64,000 bases of DNA. Source: Bacteroidaceae bacterium. Lineage in GTDB: Bacteria; Bacteroidota; Bacteroidia; Bacteroidales; Bacteroidaceae. The translations under genes and the position numbers were made by a program. Of this stretch, positions 39,972 to 50,065 are shown in pieces (the stretch's first letter is position 1; each line of letters begins with the position of its first letter). The DNA lies in NCBI GenBank assembly GCA_016292545.1, contig JAEDIG010000001.1:2412-66411 (forward strand), read 5' to 3'. The notes beneath the pieces are model-generated. The model was not told the DNA's origin. It did not search any database and saw only the letters and a list, made by a program, of their open reading frames with translations.

Positions 39972-42512
39972 TTACTTGTCGCACTTTCTTCTGGCCTTGA
40001 TGACCGGATAGGAAAGACTGAACAGGACAAGGACAAACAGAATGCCGAAAGAGAGGTAGGCGATGCGCTCGGTGACATGGATGCTCTGGGGGTCGAAACG
40101 GAAAACAACGGTGTGCTTTCCCGGTTCCAGACGAATGGCACGCAGCACATAGTCCACACGGCCGATTTCCACTTCCTGCCCGTCAACCGTGCAGGTCCAT
40201 TCGGGATAGTAGATGTCGCTGAACACGGCAATGCCGCCCTTTTGGCTGCTGGCCTCATAGGTGAGCTCGTTGGGCTGATAGCCGGTGAGACGGACGGTTG
40301 CCGTAGAGTCGGCAACAGCCTCTCCAAGTATGTCCTTGAAGCGCATGTCGGCTATGGCCGAATGGCGTGTGTCCAGCCCGTGGAGCCCCATGATTTCGGC
40401 ATCTGCATCTGCCACATAATCCACACGGTCCACCATCCAGGCATTGCCCAATGCCCAAGGATTGGGAAGGGCCACCTTCTGCTTTCCGTCCTGACTGCCC
40501 ATGATGGCATACTTCATGTTGAGCATGCAAAGCACGGGGCAAAGGCTGTCCACCCGCACGCTGTCGAGCCTGCCGCCATAAGTGACAGCCTCTCTCCGCA
40601 GCACCTGCATCTCGTTCTGGATGTGCTCCTCGATGAGTTCCTGATAGCGGCGGAGCTTGGCTGCATGATAGCCGCCGATGCTCTTGTGGAAATAGGATGT
40701 GGTGTTGTCGTTGAAGGTGCTGACCGTGAGGTTGAGCACACGGTAATAGGGGTCGGTGTCCTGAAGGATGGACGTGTCGGCCTGGGAAGGCTGGAAGCTC
40801 TGCGATTCTGTGCGTGGTGCCACGAACATGCCATCGTTCAGGTAGCGTTTGTTGATGCCCCACATGTCGCACAGGCAAAGCACTATCAGACAGCCCACCA
40901 TCGGAACAGCCTTGATTTTGCCATAGCGCCATGCCAGCACCACGAGTGTGCCCACAGCCACAACAATGAAACTGCGCATGGCATCGGCGGTGAACATGGC
41001 CTTGCGCATTTCGCTCATGTTGGACAGGATCTGTCCCATCATCTCCTGAGGGATATAGCCGGCCTGCACATACTGGCTCATGTAATGAAGGTCGGCCTGC
41101 GACATGTACTCTCCGAAGAACACGTCCGGCATGAGCCAGAACAGCAACGACATGCCACCCGTGAGACAGAAACTGATGGTGAAATAGTGGATGCGGGGGA
41201 TATAGCGTCCCCTGCCCTGGAGGCAGTCAGGATGCTCCACCATCTGCCTGAGGCCGAGCATGGCCAGCAAGGGGATGGTGAACTCCGCAATGACCAGAAT
41301 GGAGGCCACGGTGCGGAACTTGTCATACATGGGCACATAGTCGAGGAAGAAATCGGTCATGCCCATGAAATTCTTTCCCCACGAAAGGAGGATGCTGAGG
41401 ACAGTGGCCACGAGGAGCGCCCACTTGAGGGGACCCTTGACAATGAACAGGCTGAGGAAGAAAAGCGTGAGCACAAAGGCCCCCACATACACCGGCCCGC
41501 TGGTGCCCGGCTGCTCGCCCCAATACTGGGTGAAGGCACCATAGATGGGCGCAAACATGCTGTTGGCCTTCTCCATGGCCTTAGGGCTGGCCGAAAGGGG
41601 CATGCTGGCACCGCCCTTTGTGTTGGGCACAAGCAGCGTCCATGTCTCGCCTATGCCATAGCTCCAGGCGGTGATGTAGCTGCGTTCCAGGCCGCTACTG
41701 GTCTGGTCGGCCGCATCCGTGGTCTTCTGGGTGAGCTCGCTCTTTCCGCGCATGCTTTCCTTGCTGTACTGCCATGTGTGGTAGAGATTGCTCAGGTTGA
41801 TGCACACGCCCAGCAGGCCGCCCAGGGCAAAGCACAGGCTTCCGCGCCACCATGCCTTGACGGAGCGGCTGCGAACGGCATCCGCCAGAAAGGCCACCAC
41901 CATGAGCCCCATCACAAAAAGGAAATAGTAGCTCATCTGCACATGGTTGCTCAGAATCTGCAATGCGGTGAAAAGCCCCGTGAGCACGATGCCCCACAGA
42001 TAGCGTCCGCGATAGCAGAGGGCCATGCCGGCAATAGTGGGAGGGATGAAGCTGAGGGTGAGCAGCTTCCAGATGTGTCCGGCTGCAATGATGATGAAAT
42101 AGTAGCTGCTGAAGGCCCACAGGATGGCCCCCAGGGCCGACATCCACACCCGGAAGTCGAAAGCACGCAGCATGATATAGAAGCCCAGGAGCATCATGAA
42201 CACATAGGCAGCCACAGCGGGAAGTCCCAACTGATAGACCGTCTCAATCAGGCTGAGGGTGCCCGTGCTGGGATAGGAAGGGCTCATCTGGTAGGTGGGC
42301 ATTCCGCAAAAGAGCGTGTTGGTCCAACGGGTGCGCTCCCCGTCGTGTGTCTGGCGGTACTGCTCCATCTCCTGACTGGAACCGATGGCGGCACTGTGGT
42401 CGAGCCCGGTGAGCACCAGACCATCGCGGATGGGGTTGATGAAATACAGTAGGCTGATGGCCACAAAGAACACCACAGCCAAAAGGTCGGGAATGATTTT
42501 CTTGTAATTCAT
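39972..42512 (-). CDS. YfhO-family polytopic membrane protein (putative glycosyltransferase)
   Basis: 846 aa with many TM helices in the N-terminal two thirds and a C-terminal TM. Size and topology are typical of Bacteroidota YfhO-family proteins. ATG at 42512. Confidence 0.75.
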   Translation of the reverse strand: MNYKKIIPDLLAVVFFVAISLLYFINPIRDGLVLTGLDHSAAIGSSQEMEQYRQTHDGERTRWTNTLFCGMPTYQMSPSYPSTGTLSLIETVYQLGLPAVAAYVFMMLLGFYIMLRAFDFRVWMSALGAILWAFSSYYFIIIAAGHIWKLLTLSFIPPTIAGMALCYRGRYLWGIVLTGLFTALQILSNHVQMSYYFLFVMGLMVVAFLADAVRSRSVKAWWRGSLCFALGGLLGVCINLSNLYHTWQYSKESMRGKSELTQKTTDAADQTSSGLERSYITAWSYGIGETWTLLVPNTKGGASMPLSASPKAMEKANSMFAPIYGAFTQYWGEQPGTSGPVYVGAFVLTLFFLSLFIVKGPLKWALLVATVLSILLSWGKNFMGMTDFFLDYVPMYDKFRTVASILVIAEFTIPLLAMLGLRQMVEHPDCLQGRGRYIPRIHYFTISFCLTGGMSLLFWLMPDVFFGEYMSQADLHYMSQYVQAGYIPQEMMGQILSNMSEMRKAMFTADAMRSFIVVAVGTLVVLAWRYGKIKAVPMVGCLIVLCLCDMWGINKRYLNDGMFVAPRTESQSFQPSQADTSILQDTDPYYRVLNLTVSTFNDNTTSYFHKSIGGYHAAKLRRYQELIEEHIQNEMQVLRREAVTYGGRLDSVRVDSLCPVLCMLNMKYAIMGSQDGKQKVALPNPWALGNAWMVDRVDYVADADAEIMGLHGLDTRHSAIADMRFKDILGEAVADSTATVRLTGYQPNELTYEASSQKGGIAVFSDIYYPEWTCTVDGQEVEIGRVDYVLRAIRLEPGKHTVVFRFDPQSIHVTERIAYLSFGILFVLVLFSLSYPVIKARRKCDK

Positions 42513-42547
42513 TTATAATATCTATAAGGAAGGTTTGCATAAAACGG

Positions 42548-42580
42548 AAAAAAGCCGCAACCCCCTGATGGGAATGCAGC
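42548..42580 (-). terminator. Intrinsic terminator downstream of rpsO
   Basis: Minus strand reads GCTGCA-TTCCCATCAGGGGGT-TGCGGC-TTTTTT: a 6-bp stem (one G-U pair) with inner CCC/GGG pairing, followed by a T6 run. Confidence 0.55.
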
Positions 42581-42611
42581 TTTGTCCTTCTCAGTGGGTG
42601 GGCGTAAGAGA

Positions 42612-42881
42612 TTACTTGCGCAAGCCCAAAGCCTTGACGATGGCGCGATAGCGCTCGATGTCGCGGGACTTCAGATAGTTGAGCAGGCTACGACGCTTGC
42701 CGACGAGGCCTGTGAGCGCACGCTCGGTGCTGTGGTCCTTGCGGTTCTGCTTCATGTGCTCGGTGAGGTGAGCGATGCGGCAGGTGAACAAGGCAATCTG
42801 GCTTTCTGCGCTTCCCGTGTCGGTAGCACCCTGGCCATACTTCTCAAAAATCTCAACTTTCTTTGCTGAATCCAAATACAT
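42612..42881 (-). CDS. rpsO: 30S ribosomal protein S15
   Basis: The C-terminal 89 aa of track ORF 42612..44843 read MYLDSAKKVEIFEKYGQGATDTGSAESQIALFTCRIAHLTEHMKQNRKDHSTERALTGLVGKRRSLLNYLKSRDIERYRAIVKALGLRK, a canonical S15. The rest of that ORF is antisense to typA. Confidence 0.95.
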   Translation of the reverse strand: MYLDSAKKVEIFEKYGQGATDTGSAESQIALFTCRIAHLTEHMKQNRKDHSTERALTGLVGKRRSLLNYLKSRDIERYRAIVKALGLRK

Positions 42882-43016
42882 AAATTTAAATAATTTTGGG
42901 GTTAAACTTGTTAGTCCGCGCAGCCTGCTTCCATGCGCTGGTAGCCACTGCTCTCGGAAATGCGGGTGCAAAGTTATAAATTTTTTGTGAGCTGGTGTTG
43001 CTTTATGCCTCTTTTT

Positions 43017-43047
43017 TTTGATGTTCGGGCATTTTTTTGTAATTTTG
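43017..43047 (+). promoter_or_regulatory. Candidate typA promoter (-33 TTTG, -7 TAATTTTG)
   Basis: TTTG at 43017-43020 and TAATTTTG at 43040-43047, with a 19-nt spacer. The -7 box ends 23 nt before ATG 43071. Confidence 0.45.
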
Positions 43048-43070
43048 CACCCGACTTTTAAGGTTAATTT

Positions 43071-44879
43071 ATGCAGAATATAAGAAATATTGCCATTATC
43101 GCCCATGTTGACCATGGCAAAACCACACTCGTGGACAAGATGTTGCTGGCGGGCAACCTGTTTCGCAGCAATCAGCAGACAGGGGAGCTGATGCTCGACA
43201 ACAATGAACTGGAAAGGGAACGCGGAATCACCATCCTCTCCAAAAACGTATCCATCAACTACAAGGACACCAAGATTAACATCATCGATACTCCGGGCCA
43301 CAGCGATTTCGGCGGCGAAGTGGAGCGTGTGCTCAACATGGCCGACGGATGCCTGCTGCTGGTGGATGCCTTTGAGGGTCCCATGCCCCAGACACGTTTC
43401 GTGCTGCAAAAGGCATTGCAGATAGGTCTGAAGCCCATTGTGGTAATCAACAAGGTGGACAAGCCCAACTGCAGGCCCGAAGAGGTGTATGAGATGGTGT
43501 TCGACCTCATGTGCGACCTCGACGCCACCGAGGACCAGCTCGATTTTCCCGTCATCTATGGTTCGGCCAAGAACAACTGGATGGGTGAAGACTGGAACAC
43601 CCCCACAGCAGACATTACCTATCTGCTCGATGCCATCCTCGCCCACATCCCGGCACCCCGGCAGCTGGAGGGAACACCCCAGATGCTCATCACATCGCTC
43701 GACTACAGCAACTACACAGGGCGCATTGCCGTGGGACGTGTGCACAGAGGCACCCTGCGCGAAGGCATGAACGTGACCATCGTCCACCGCAACGGCGACA
43801 AGGAAAAGACCAAGATAAAGGAACTGCACACCTTCACCGGCATGGGCAGGCAGAAAATCCAGGAAGTGTCGAGCGGCGACATCTGTGCCATCATCGGGCT
43901 GGAACGCTTTGAGATTGGCGACACCATCTGCGACTTCGAGAATCCCGAAGCCCTTCCGCCCATCAGCATCGACGAGCCCACCATGAGCATGCTCTTCACC
44001 ATCAACGACTCGCCCTTCTTCGGAAAGGAAGGCAAATTCTGCACCAGCCGCCACATCAACGACCGCCTGCAGAAGGAACTGGAGAAGAATCTGGCTCTGC
44101 GCGTGGAACTGGCCGAAGGCTACACCGACCGCTGGATTGTGAGCGGACGTGGTGTGCTCCATCTGAGCGTGCTCATCGAGACCATGCGGCGCGAAGGCTA
44201 TGAACTGCAGGTGGGCCAGCCGCAGGTCATCTACAAGGAAATCGACGGGGTGAAGTGCGAGCCCATAGAGGAACTCACCATCAATGTGCCCGAGGAATTC
44301 TCGAGCAAGATGATTGACATGGTCACCCGCCGGAAAGGCGAGATGGTGAGCATGGAAAACCAGGGAGAGCGCGTGAACATAGAATTCAACATTCCCAGCC
44401 GCGGCATCATCGGCCTGCGCACCAACATGCTTACCGCATCCCAGGGAGAGGCCATCATCGCCCACCGGTTCAAGGAATACCAGCCCTTCAAGGGCGAAAT
44501 CAGCCGTCGCACCAACGGCTCCATGATTAGCATGGAAACGGGAACGGCCTTTGCCTACAGCATCAACAACCTGCAGGACCGCGGAAAGTTCTTCATCGAC
44601 CCCCAGGAGCAGGTGTATGCCGGAGAAGTGGTGGGAGAGCATGTCCACGACAACGACCTGGTGGTGAACGTCACCAAGGCCAAGCAGCTCACCAACATGC
44701 GTGCCAGCGGCTCCGATGAAAAGGCACGCATCATCCCCGCCACTGTGTTCAGCCTGGAAGAGGCACTCGAATACATCAAGGAGGATGAATACGTAGAAGT
44801 GACGCCCAAGAGCATGCGCATGCGCAAGATTATCCTCGACCATCTGGAGCGCAAGCGTGCCAACCGCGCCGAGGCATAA
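43071..44879 (+). CDS. typA: Translational GTPase TypA/BipA
   Basis: G1 [14 protein letters not shown]3 [15 protein letters not shown]4 NKVD. 602 aa with EF-G-like domain order. Confidence 0.95.
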   Translation: MQNIRNIAIIAHVDHGKTTLVDKMLLAGNLFRSNQQTGELMLDNNELERERGITILSKNVSINYKDTKINIIDTPGHSDFGGEVERVLNMADGCLLLVDAFEGPMPQTRFVLQKALQIGLKPIVVINKVDKPNCRPEEVYEMVFDLMCDLDATEDQLDFPVIYGSAKNNWMGEDWNTPTADITYLLDAILAHIPAPRQLEGTPQMLITSLDYSNYTGRIAVGRVHRGTLREGMNVTIVHRNGDKEKTKIKELHTFTGMGRQKIQEVSSGDICAIIGLERFEIGDTICDFENPEALPPISIDEPTMSMLFTINDSPFFGKEGKFCTSRHINDRLQKELEKNLALRVELAEGYTDRWIVSGRGVLHLSVLIETMRREGYELQVGQPQVIYKEIDGVKCEPIEELTINVPEEFSSKMIDMVTRRKGEMVSMENQGERVNIEFNIPSRGIIGLRTNMLTASQGEAIIAHRFKEYQPFKGEISRRTNGSMISMETGTAFAYSINNLQDRGKFFIDPQEQVYAGEVVGEHVHDNDLVVNVTKAKQLTNMRASGSDEKARIIPATVFSLEEALEYIKEDEYVEVTPKSMRMRKIILDHLERKRANRAEA

Positions 44880-44938
44880 ACACCCGGCGCATTCATATCC
44901 TCAAGAAGAACAAAGAACCATACATTAAATACATAATA

Positions 44939-46846
44939 ATGACAAAGACCTTCCTCTCGTTTGGAATGGCAGCGCTCCTTGCCTGCCAGACACAAGCCCA
45001 GAACCCGAACACGGGCTATTACCAAGACCTGATGACCGACACATGGGTGGCAACCGATGCTGTAGGGCGCACCATGCCCTCCGAATCGGAATGCCCGCTG
45101 AAGACAGACAAAGAGCGCACAGTGGGAATCTTCTACATCACCTGGCACACCCCCGGGCTGCACAACGGGCAACCCTATCTGGCCGATGTGACCAAGGTGC
45201 TGACAAAGGACCCCAACGCCAGCCGCTCGGACGAAGGATGGCCCTCGTGCTCCGGCATGGGTTCCTACCACTGGGGAGAGCCCGAGGCCGGCTATTTCCT
45301 GAGTCAGGACGAATGGGTGATAAGGCGCGATATGTCGATGCTCGCGGATGCGGGAGTGGACATGATTATCCTGGATGTCACCAATGCCGTGCTGTACTGG
45401 GACGAGTGGGAGGTGCTCATGCGCACGATGGAAGCCATGAAGAAGGAGGGCAACAAGGTGCCGCAGTTCTGCTTCTGGGCCTTCAACGGCAATGTCATCA
45501 CCGTGGTGCAGCAGCTCTATGACAAGTTCTACCGCACCCCTCGCTATCAGGATCTCTGGTTCTACTGGCAGGGCAAGCCCCTGCTGCTCTACAACGCCAC
45601 ACCCAGTGTGGATGCCAATGTGGGAGGCGGGGAAAAGAACTTTTCCGACTATCCGCAGGAGATAAAGGATTTCTTTACGCTGCGCGGCATGTGGTGGGGC
45701 TATTATAAATGGGCCGGCCAACGCTATGTGGGCACCGAAGGGAACTGGAGCTTCGGACTGGACCTGGGCGACAAGAATGTGGCAGCCATGACCCCCAAGG
45801 AACTGGCCTCCAAATGGAAGGGGCGCTGCGAGGAAATGCCCGTGACGCCCGCACAGCACCCCATGTCGAACATCGGCAAGTGCTGGACACGGAAAGACAA
45901 AGAGCCTGCGCTCGACATGACGGACATGCCCATACGAGCCTATGTGCCTGCGCTGGGAGAGGAAAGGGATAACCCTGTGGAGTATGGCATCTATTTCCAG
46001 GACAGATGGAACGAAGCCCTGGAGGTGGACCCCGACTTCATATACCTCAACGACTGGAACGAATGGACCGCAGGCAAGTATGTCAGCGGCAAGGACCCCG
46101 GAGGCCATGTGCCGGGCCCAGATGGATTCCTGGACCGCAAGAACCCCTTCTATTTCGTGGACCAGTACAATGCAGAGTTCAACCGCACCATTTCCCCGAT
46201 GAAAGGCGGCTACACCGACAACTACTACATGCAGATGGTGCAGAACATACGCCGCTACAAGGGCGTGCGCCCCATTCCCGTGAACCATGGCACCGCCAGG
46301 ATTACGGTGGACGGCAAGATGGAAGATTGGGAACAGGTGGAAGTCACCTATCACGACACACGTGGCGACATTGCCCATCGCGACCACGACGGATACGGCA
46401 ACCTCCACTATGTGAACACCAGCGGGCGCAACGACATCGTGAAAAGCAAGGTGGCCTACGACGGCAAACAATTCTACTTCTATGCCGAAACAGCCAACGC
46501 GCTCACCCCGGAAACCGACCCTCGGTGGATGATGCTGTTCATCGACTCCGACCGCAACAGCCAGACGGGATGGAACGGATACGACTACATGATTGAGAAG
46601 CGGATGCTTCGCCGCTACAATGAAGCCTCTCACAGATGGGAGGATGTGTGCCCGGTCGAGATGGCCGTGGCCGACCATGCACTGGAACTGGCTGTTCCAC
46701 GCAAGCGCATCCAGGCAAAGGCCAGCGGATTCGACTTCAAATGGGCCGACAATCCTGCCGACACCGACGACATCATGTCGTTCTGCACCGATGGCGACAC
46801 CGCCCCCAACAGGCGCTTCAATTACCGCTACCTGTGGAGCGAGTGA
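44939..46846 (+). CDS. Hypothetical secreted protein (possibly glycoside-hydrolase-like)
   Basis: Signal peptide MTKTFLSFGMAALLACQTQAQ. Continuous 635-aa ORF with protein-like composition. Segments such as GIFYITWH and VDMIILDVTNAVLYWDEW suggest a TIM-barrel glycosidase-like fold, but no family was recognised with certainty. Confidence 0.55.
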   Translation: MTKTFLSFGMAALLACQTQAQNPNTGYYQDLMTDTWVATDAVGRTMPSESECPLKTDKERTVGIFYITWHTPGLHNGQPYLADVTKVLTKDPNASRSDEGWPSCSGMGSYHWGEPEAGYFLSQDEWVIRRDMSMLADAGVDMIILDVTNAVLYWDEWEVLMRTMEAMKKEGNKVPQFCFWAFNGNVITVVQQLYDKFYRTPRYQDLWFYWQGKPLLLYNATPSVDANVGGGEKNFSDYPQEIKDFFTLRGMWWGYYKWAGQRYVGTEGNWSFGLDLGDKNVAAMTPKELASKWKGRCEEMPVTPAQHPMSNIGKCWTRKDKEPALDMTDMPIRAYVPALGEERDNPVEYGIYFQDRWNEALEVDPDFIYLNDWNEWTAGKYVSGKDPGGHVPGPDGFLDRKNPFYFVDQYNAEFNRTISPMKGGYTDNYYMQMVQNIRRYKGVRPIPVNHGTARITVDGKMEDWEQVEVTYHDTRGDIAHRDHDGYGNLHYVNTSGRNDIVKSKVAYDGKQFYFYAETANALTPETDPRWMMLFIDSDRNSQTGWNGYDYMIEKRMLRRYNEASHRWEDVCPVEMAVADHALELAVPRKRIQAKASGFDFKWADNPADTDDIMSFCTDGDTAPNRRFNYRYLWSE

Positions 46847-47546
46847 GCATGCCCTTCACCTGATCGTCTGCCCGCATCACGCGCGACATCGGGTCGAGCA
46901 TCATGCTGAAGGCCGAACGTGTGGGCTCGTATATCAGGAAACTTATGTCAAGGTTGCGAAACTGTCTGTGGAAATAGGGATACCATGCCCTGCTTATGGT
47001 GAGTGTGTTCACCTGTCCGCTGGCTGCAATGCGGTGGATGCGGGTGACCACACTGTCCTTCTGCTGCTCCGAAAGGGATGAAGGCCGGGGAGCCTCCCAC
47101 GTGTATGCCGTATGCACACCCAGAAGGGTGAGCTTGCGTGTGAGGTCCCACCGGTCGGTTTCCACCACGATGCGGTCGGCCTCCACGCGACGGATGAAGG
47201 CACTCCCTATCACCCTGCGCAGGAAACTGTCACAGTTTGGCGCATCCAGGCCGTCGGCCACAATCCACACGCCACACCATTTGTGCTTTTCCATGAAGGA
47301 GAAACAGGAATCTATGTCGGCAAATCCGGCCTGCGGATCGCTCACCACCCACAGGCTGTCCCCCTCGGGGCGTACATGCATACGGAAGCCTCCGAATGCC
47401 CCTTTACCGCCCTTCTCCATCTGTATGCCAGCATAACTGTCGCACCAAAGCCACTGGACACTGCGGACCGACAGATGCCACGACCATGCCACATACGCGC
47501 CCCCAAGCAAAACAAGGGCAAAAACGAATCGTTTGAGTATTTCCAT
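46818..47546 (-). CDS. Hypothetical membrane-anchored protein
   Basis: ATG at 47546 gives MEILKRFVFALVLLGGAYVAWSW (N-terminal TM helix). No family recognised. Its 3' end overlaps the convergent gene by 29 nt. Confidence 0.45.
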   Translation of the reverse strand: MEILKRFVFALVLLGGAYVAWSWHLSVRSVQWLWCDSYAGIQMEKGGKGAFGGFRMHVRPEGDSLWVVSDPQAGFADIDSCFSFMEKHKWCGVWIVADGLDAPNCDSFLRRVIGSAFIRRVEADRIVVETDRWDLTRKLTLLGVHTAYTWEAPRPSSLSEQQKDSVVTRIHRIAASGQVNTLTISRAWYPYFHRQFRNLDISFLIYEPTRSAFSMMLDPMSRVMRADDQVKGMLTRSTGSGN

Positions 47547-47596
47547 ACTGCAAAGAAACACATTTTGACGGACATTCCCAAACCACACTCCGCATT

Positions 47597-47651
47597 CGTG
47601 CATTTTTTGTACAGAAAAATGCACGTAAATCGAAAGAAATGCCTACTTTTG
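47597..47651 (+). promoter_or_regulatory. 11-bp perfect inverted repeat plus -7 box in the divergent promoter region
   Basis: CGTGCATTTTT (47597-47607), a 7-nt spacer, then AAAAATGCACG (47615-47625). TACTTTTG (47644-47651) matches TAnnTTTG 22 nt before ATG 47673. Confidence 0.4.
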
Positions 47652-47672
47652 TACGCGAATTACATCAAAACG

Positions 47673-48389
47673 ATGAAAAAACTGCATATAATTACGCCAG
47701 TAAAGGACTCTATCCACACCACCCTGGACACCATCAAGGCCGTCATGCTGTCCAAGGTGAACATTCCCTATTTATATACGGTATACAACGACAACTCCAC
47801 GCCCGAGAACACGGCATTGCTGGAAGAAGCCAGAAAGAAATACGGTTTCCGGCTCATCCACCTGAGCGAACTCACCGACCATTCCTCGCCCAACTATCTG
47901 TTCGTGTTGCAGCATGCCCAGAAGGAGGCCATCGACAACCAGGCCGCCCTCTGCATTGTGGAGAGCGACGTGACAGTGATGAACGACACCCTGCAGCTGC
48001 TCTATGAAGGCGCATGCAGCCATGCAGAATGCGGCATTGCCGCTGCAGTGACCGTAGACGAAAGAGGCATCATCAACTACCCCTACCAGTATGCCCGGGG
48101 ATGGGAGGGCCGTGTGGTGGACAATCCCAAGCACCAGAGCTTCTGCTGCTCACTGCTCACCCTGGACCTGCTGCGGAAGTTCGATTTCAAGCAGCTCAAC
48201 CCCGAAAAGAACTGGTTCGACGTAACCATCTCTCATCAGTCGCTGGCCCAGGGATTCCACAACTACCTTTTCACCACACTCCCCGTGGTGCACCGCCCCC
48301 ACCAAAGTCGTCCGTGGAAGCAGCTCAAATACAAGAATCCCCTGCTCTACTACTGGAAAAAATTCACCAAAGGCCTTGACAAGATATGA
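47673..48389 (+). CDS. Glycosyltransferase family 2-like protein
   Basis: ORF 47112..48389 trimmed to ATG 47673 (MKKLHIITPVKDS...). Motifs YNDNSTPEN and ESD (DxD-like). First gene of an ATGA-coupled string. Confidence 0.65.
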   Translation: MKKLHIITPVKDSIHTTLDTIKAVMLSKVNIPYLYTVYNDNSTPENTALLEEARKKYGFRLIHLSELTDHSSPNYLFVLQHAQKEAIDNQAALCIVESDVTVMNDTLQLLYEGACSHAECGIAAAVTVDERGIINYPYQYARGWEGRVVDNPKHQSFCCSLLTLDLLRKFDFKQLNPEKNWFDVTISHQSLAQGFHNYLFTTLPVVHRPHQSRPWKQLKYKNPLLYYWKKFTKGLDKI

Positions 48390-49144
48390 AAGAAACCCAT
48401 TTTTCATTGTGCCATACCTCGGTGATGCAGCTTGCCGAAGGCTGCGACGACCTGCAAGGCTTTGTGGCCTCGCTGCCCGCGCGCTTCGAGCAGAGCGAGG
48501 GAAAACTCATACACGACGGACGCAACAAACTGCGCGAGATTTCATACAAGGCAAACGACTACGTAGTGAAATCCTACAAGAAGCCCAATCCCGTGAACCG
48601 GCTGGTCTATGGCCTGCTGCGGCCCTCCAAGGCCAAGCGGAGTTTCTGCAACGCACTGCTGCTGAAACAGATTTCCGTGGGCACGCCCGACCCTGTGGGC
48701 TACCTCAATGTGCGCAACGGCCTGCTCTTCACACAAAGTTTCCTCATCACACGCAAGTCGGTGTGCCGATACCGCTACGACCAGCTCTTCGACACGCACA
48801 CAGAGATGCAGGAGGCAGTGACGCGTGAGGTGGGCCGCATCACAGCTGTGCTCCATGAGAACAACCTTTCCCATCTCGACTACGGAAGAGGCAACATCCT
48901 CTTTGATTTCGACAAGCAGGGCAATGTGTTCCTGGAGCTGGTGGACCTCAACCGCATGCGGCATGGCACCGTGGACATCAAGGCGGGCTGCAAGAACCTG
49001 GAGCGGCTGCCTGCCACCGCACAGATGCACCGCTGGCTGGCCCAGGAATACGCATTGGCCAGAGACTTCGACGAGGAGGAATGCTACCGCCTCATGAGGG
49101 CCTATCGGAGCGTGCAGCCCGGCCTCATAGAAGGTGAGTTTTAA
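48386..49144 (+). CDS. Lipopolysaccharide kinase (Kdo/WaaP/InaA) family protein
   Basis: ATGA overlap with the upstream gene. Kinase-like catalytic segment LHENNLSHLDYGRGNILF...LVDLNRM. Confidence 0.7.
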   Translation: MKETHFSLCHTSVMQLAEGCDDLQGFVASLPARFEQSEGKLIHDGRNKLREISYKANDYVVKSYKKPNPVNRLVYGLLRPSKAKRSFCNALLLKQISVGTPDPVGYLNVRNGLLFTQSFLITRKSVCRYRYDQLFDTHTEMQEAVTREVGRITAVLHENNLSHLDYGRGNILFDFDKQGNVFLELVDLNRMRHGTVDIKAGCKNLERLPATAQMHRWLAQEYALARDFDEEECYRLMRAYRSVQPGLIEGEF

Positions 49145-49174
49145 AACCCTATCCATCATCCAAAAGGAAACAAA

Positions 49175-50065
49175 ATGACCGTCATTACAGTAATTGTAAC
49201 ATACAACCGCCGCCAGCTGCTCATCCAATGTGTGGAGGCCGTGCGCCGCAACCGGCCGGAGAAGATTATCGTGGTGAACAACGGAAGCACCGACGGCACA
49301 CGCGAATGGCTCGACGAGCAAACAGACCTCCACGTAATCCATCAGGAGAACGTGGGCGGATCGGGCGGATTCTGCAGGGGCATGCAGGAGGCACTCGATA
49401 TGGGTGGAGACGCCATCTGGTGTATGGACGACGACGTGCGCCCCCACGATGATTGCCTCAGCAACATGAGGCCCTATATGGACAGCTTCAATGCAGGCAT
49501 CATTGCCCCCCGGCGGCTGATGGATGGCAAGGTGTTCACCAACGACTTCTGCCGCTATAACCTCTACAATCCCATAGCCTCGCTCTATGCCGACCGCATC
49601 AAGCACAAAAGGGTGGACAATCCCATCGACATTGCCGGCACCGCCTTTGAGGGACTGTTTGTGCGTCGCGACGTGGTGGAACAGATCGGGCTGCCCAACA
49701 AGGACCTTTTCATCTTCTGCGACGACACCGACTTCTGCCTGCGTGCCTATCTCTGCGGTTACCGCATCCTGTATGTGCCCCATGCACTCATGGACAAGGC
49801 GAACCTTGCGGGCAAGGACACATGGTCGGAAAGACAGCAAAAGAAGAAGTGGAAACGGTTCTACCAGATTCGCAACTCCACCTATCTCAACCATCATTAC
49901 GGACAAAACTGGATGGTGCGCTATCTGCGCGGACTCATGACGCTTTCCGGCTATGTGCTGACGGCCCTGTTCACGGCCCCATTCTGTAGCGGCTACAGCC
50001 TGTGCGACATCCCCCGTTTCTGGAAGGCCTACAAGGATGGAATCAACGAATGGCTGGGCCGATAG
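49175..50065 (+). CDS. Glycosyltransferase family 2
   Basis: N-terminus ITVIVTYNRRQLL, then VVNNGSTDGT and the DxD motif MDDDV. Confidence 0.85.
   Translation: MTVITVIVTYNRRQLLIQCVEAVRRNRPEKIIVVNNGSTDGTREWLDEQTDLHVIHQENVGGSGGFCRGMQEALDMGGDAIWCMDDDVRPHDDCLSNMRPYMDSFNAGIIAPRRLMDGKVFTNDFCRYNLYNPIASLYADRIKHKRVDNPIDIAGTAFEGLFVRRDVVEQIGLPNKDLFIFCDDTDFCLRAYLCGYRILYVPHALMDKANLAGKDTWSERQQKKKWKRFYQIRNSTYLNHHYGQNWMVRYLRGLMTLSGYVLTALFTAPFCSGYSLCDIPRFWKAYKDGINEWLGR

Noticed and set aside
39246-40000. ORFs 39246..39701 (151 aa) and 39260..40000 (246 aa) in the convergent gap
   Set aside because: They overlap each other in different frames and are rich in R/P/C/G. They cross the AT-rich repeat core, and no motif is recognisable. 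The region is treated as non-coding repeat DNA.
39957-42452. Plus-strand ORF of 831 aa
   Set aside because: It is antisense to the YfhO-family gene. The minus-strand product has the expected polytopic membrane profile, while the plus-strand product is H/G/A/E-rich without structure.
42882-44843. Remaining 5' part of track ORF 42612..44843 (743 aa), and ORFs 44555..46678 (-), 48542..50122 (-) and 52501..54777 (+)
   Set aside because: Only the last 89 codons of the first ORF (rpsO) are real; the rest is antisense to typA. The other three are antisense to genes with clear signal peptides or motifs.
46818-46846. 29-nt 3'-3' overlap of convergent genes as a possible regulatory antisense feature
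   Set aside because: Short convergent overlaps are common. The minus-strand gene call is itself only moderately supported, and there is no specific structure in the overlap.
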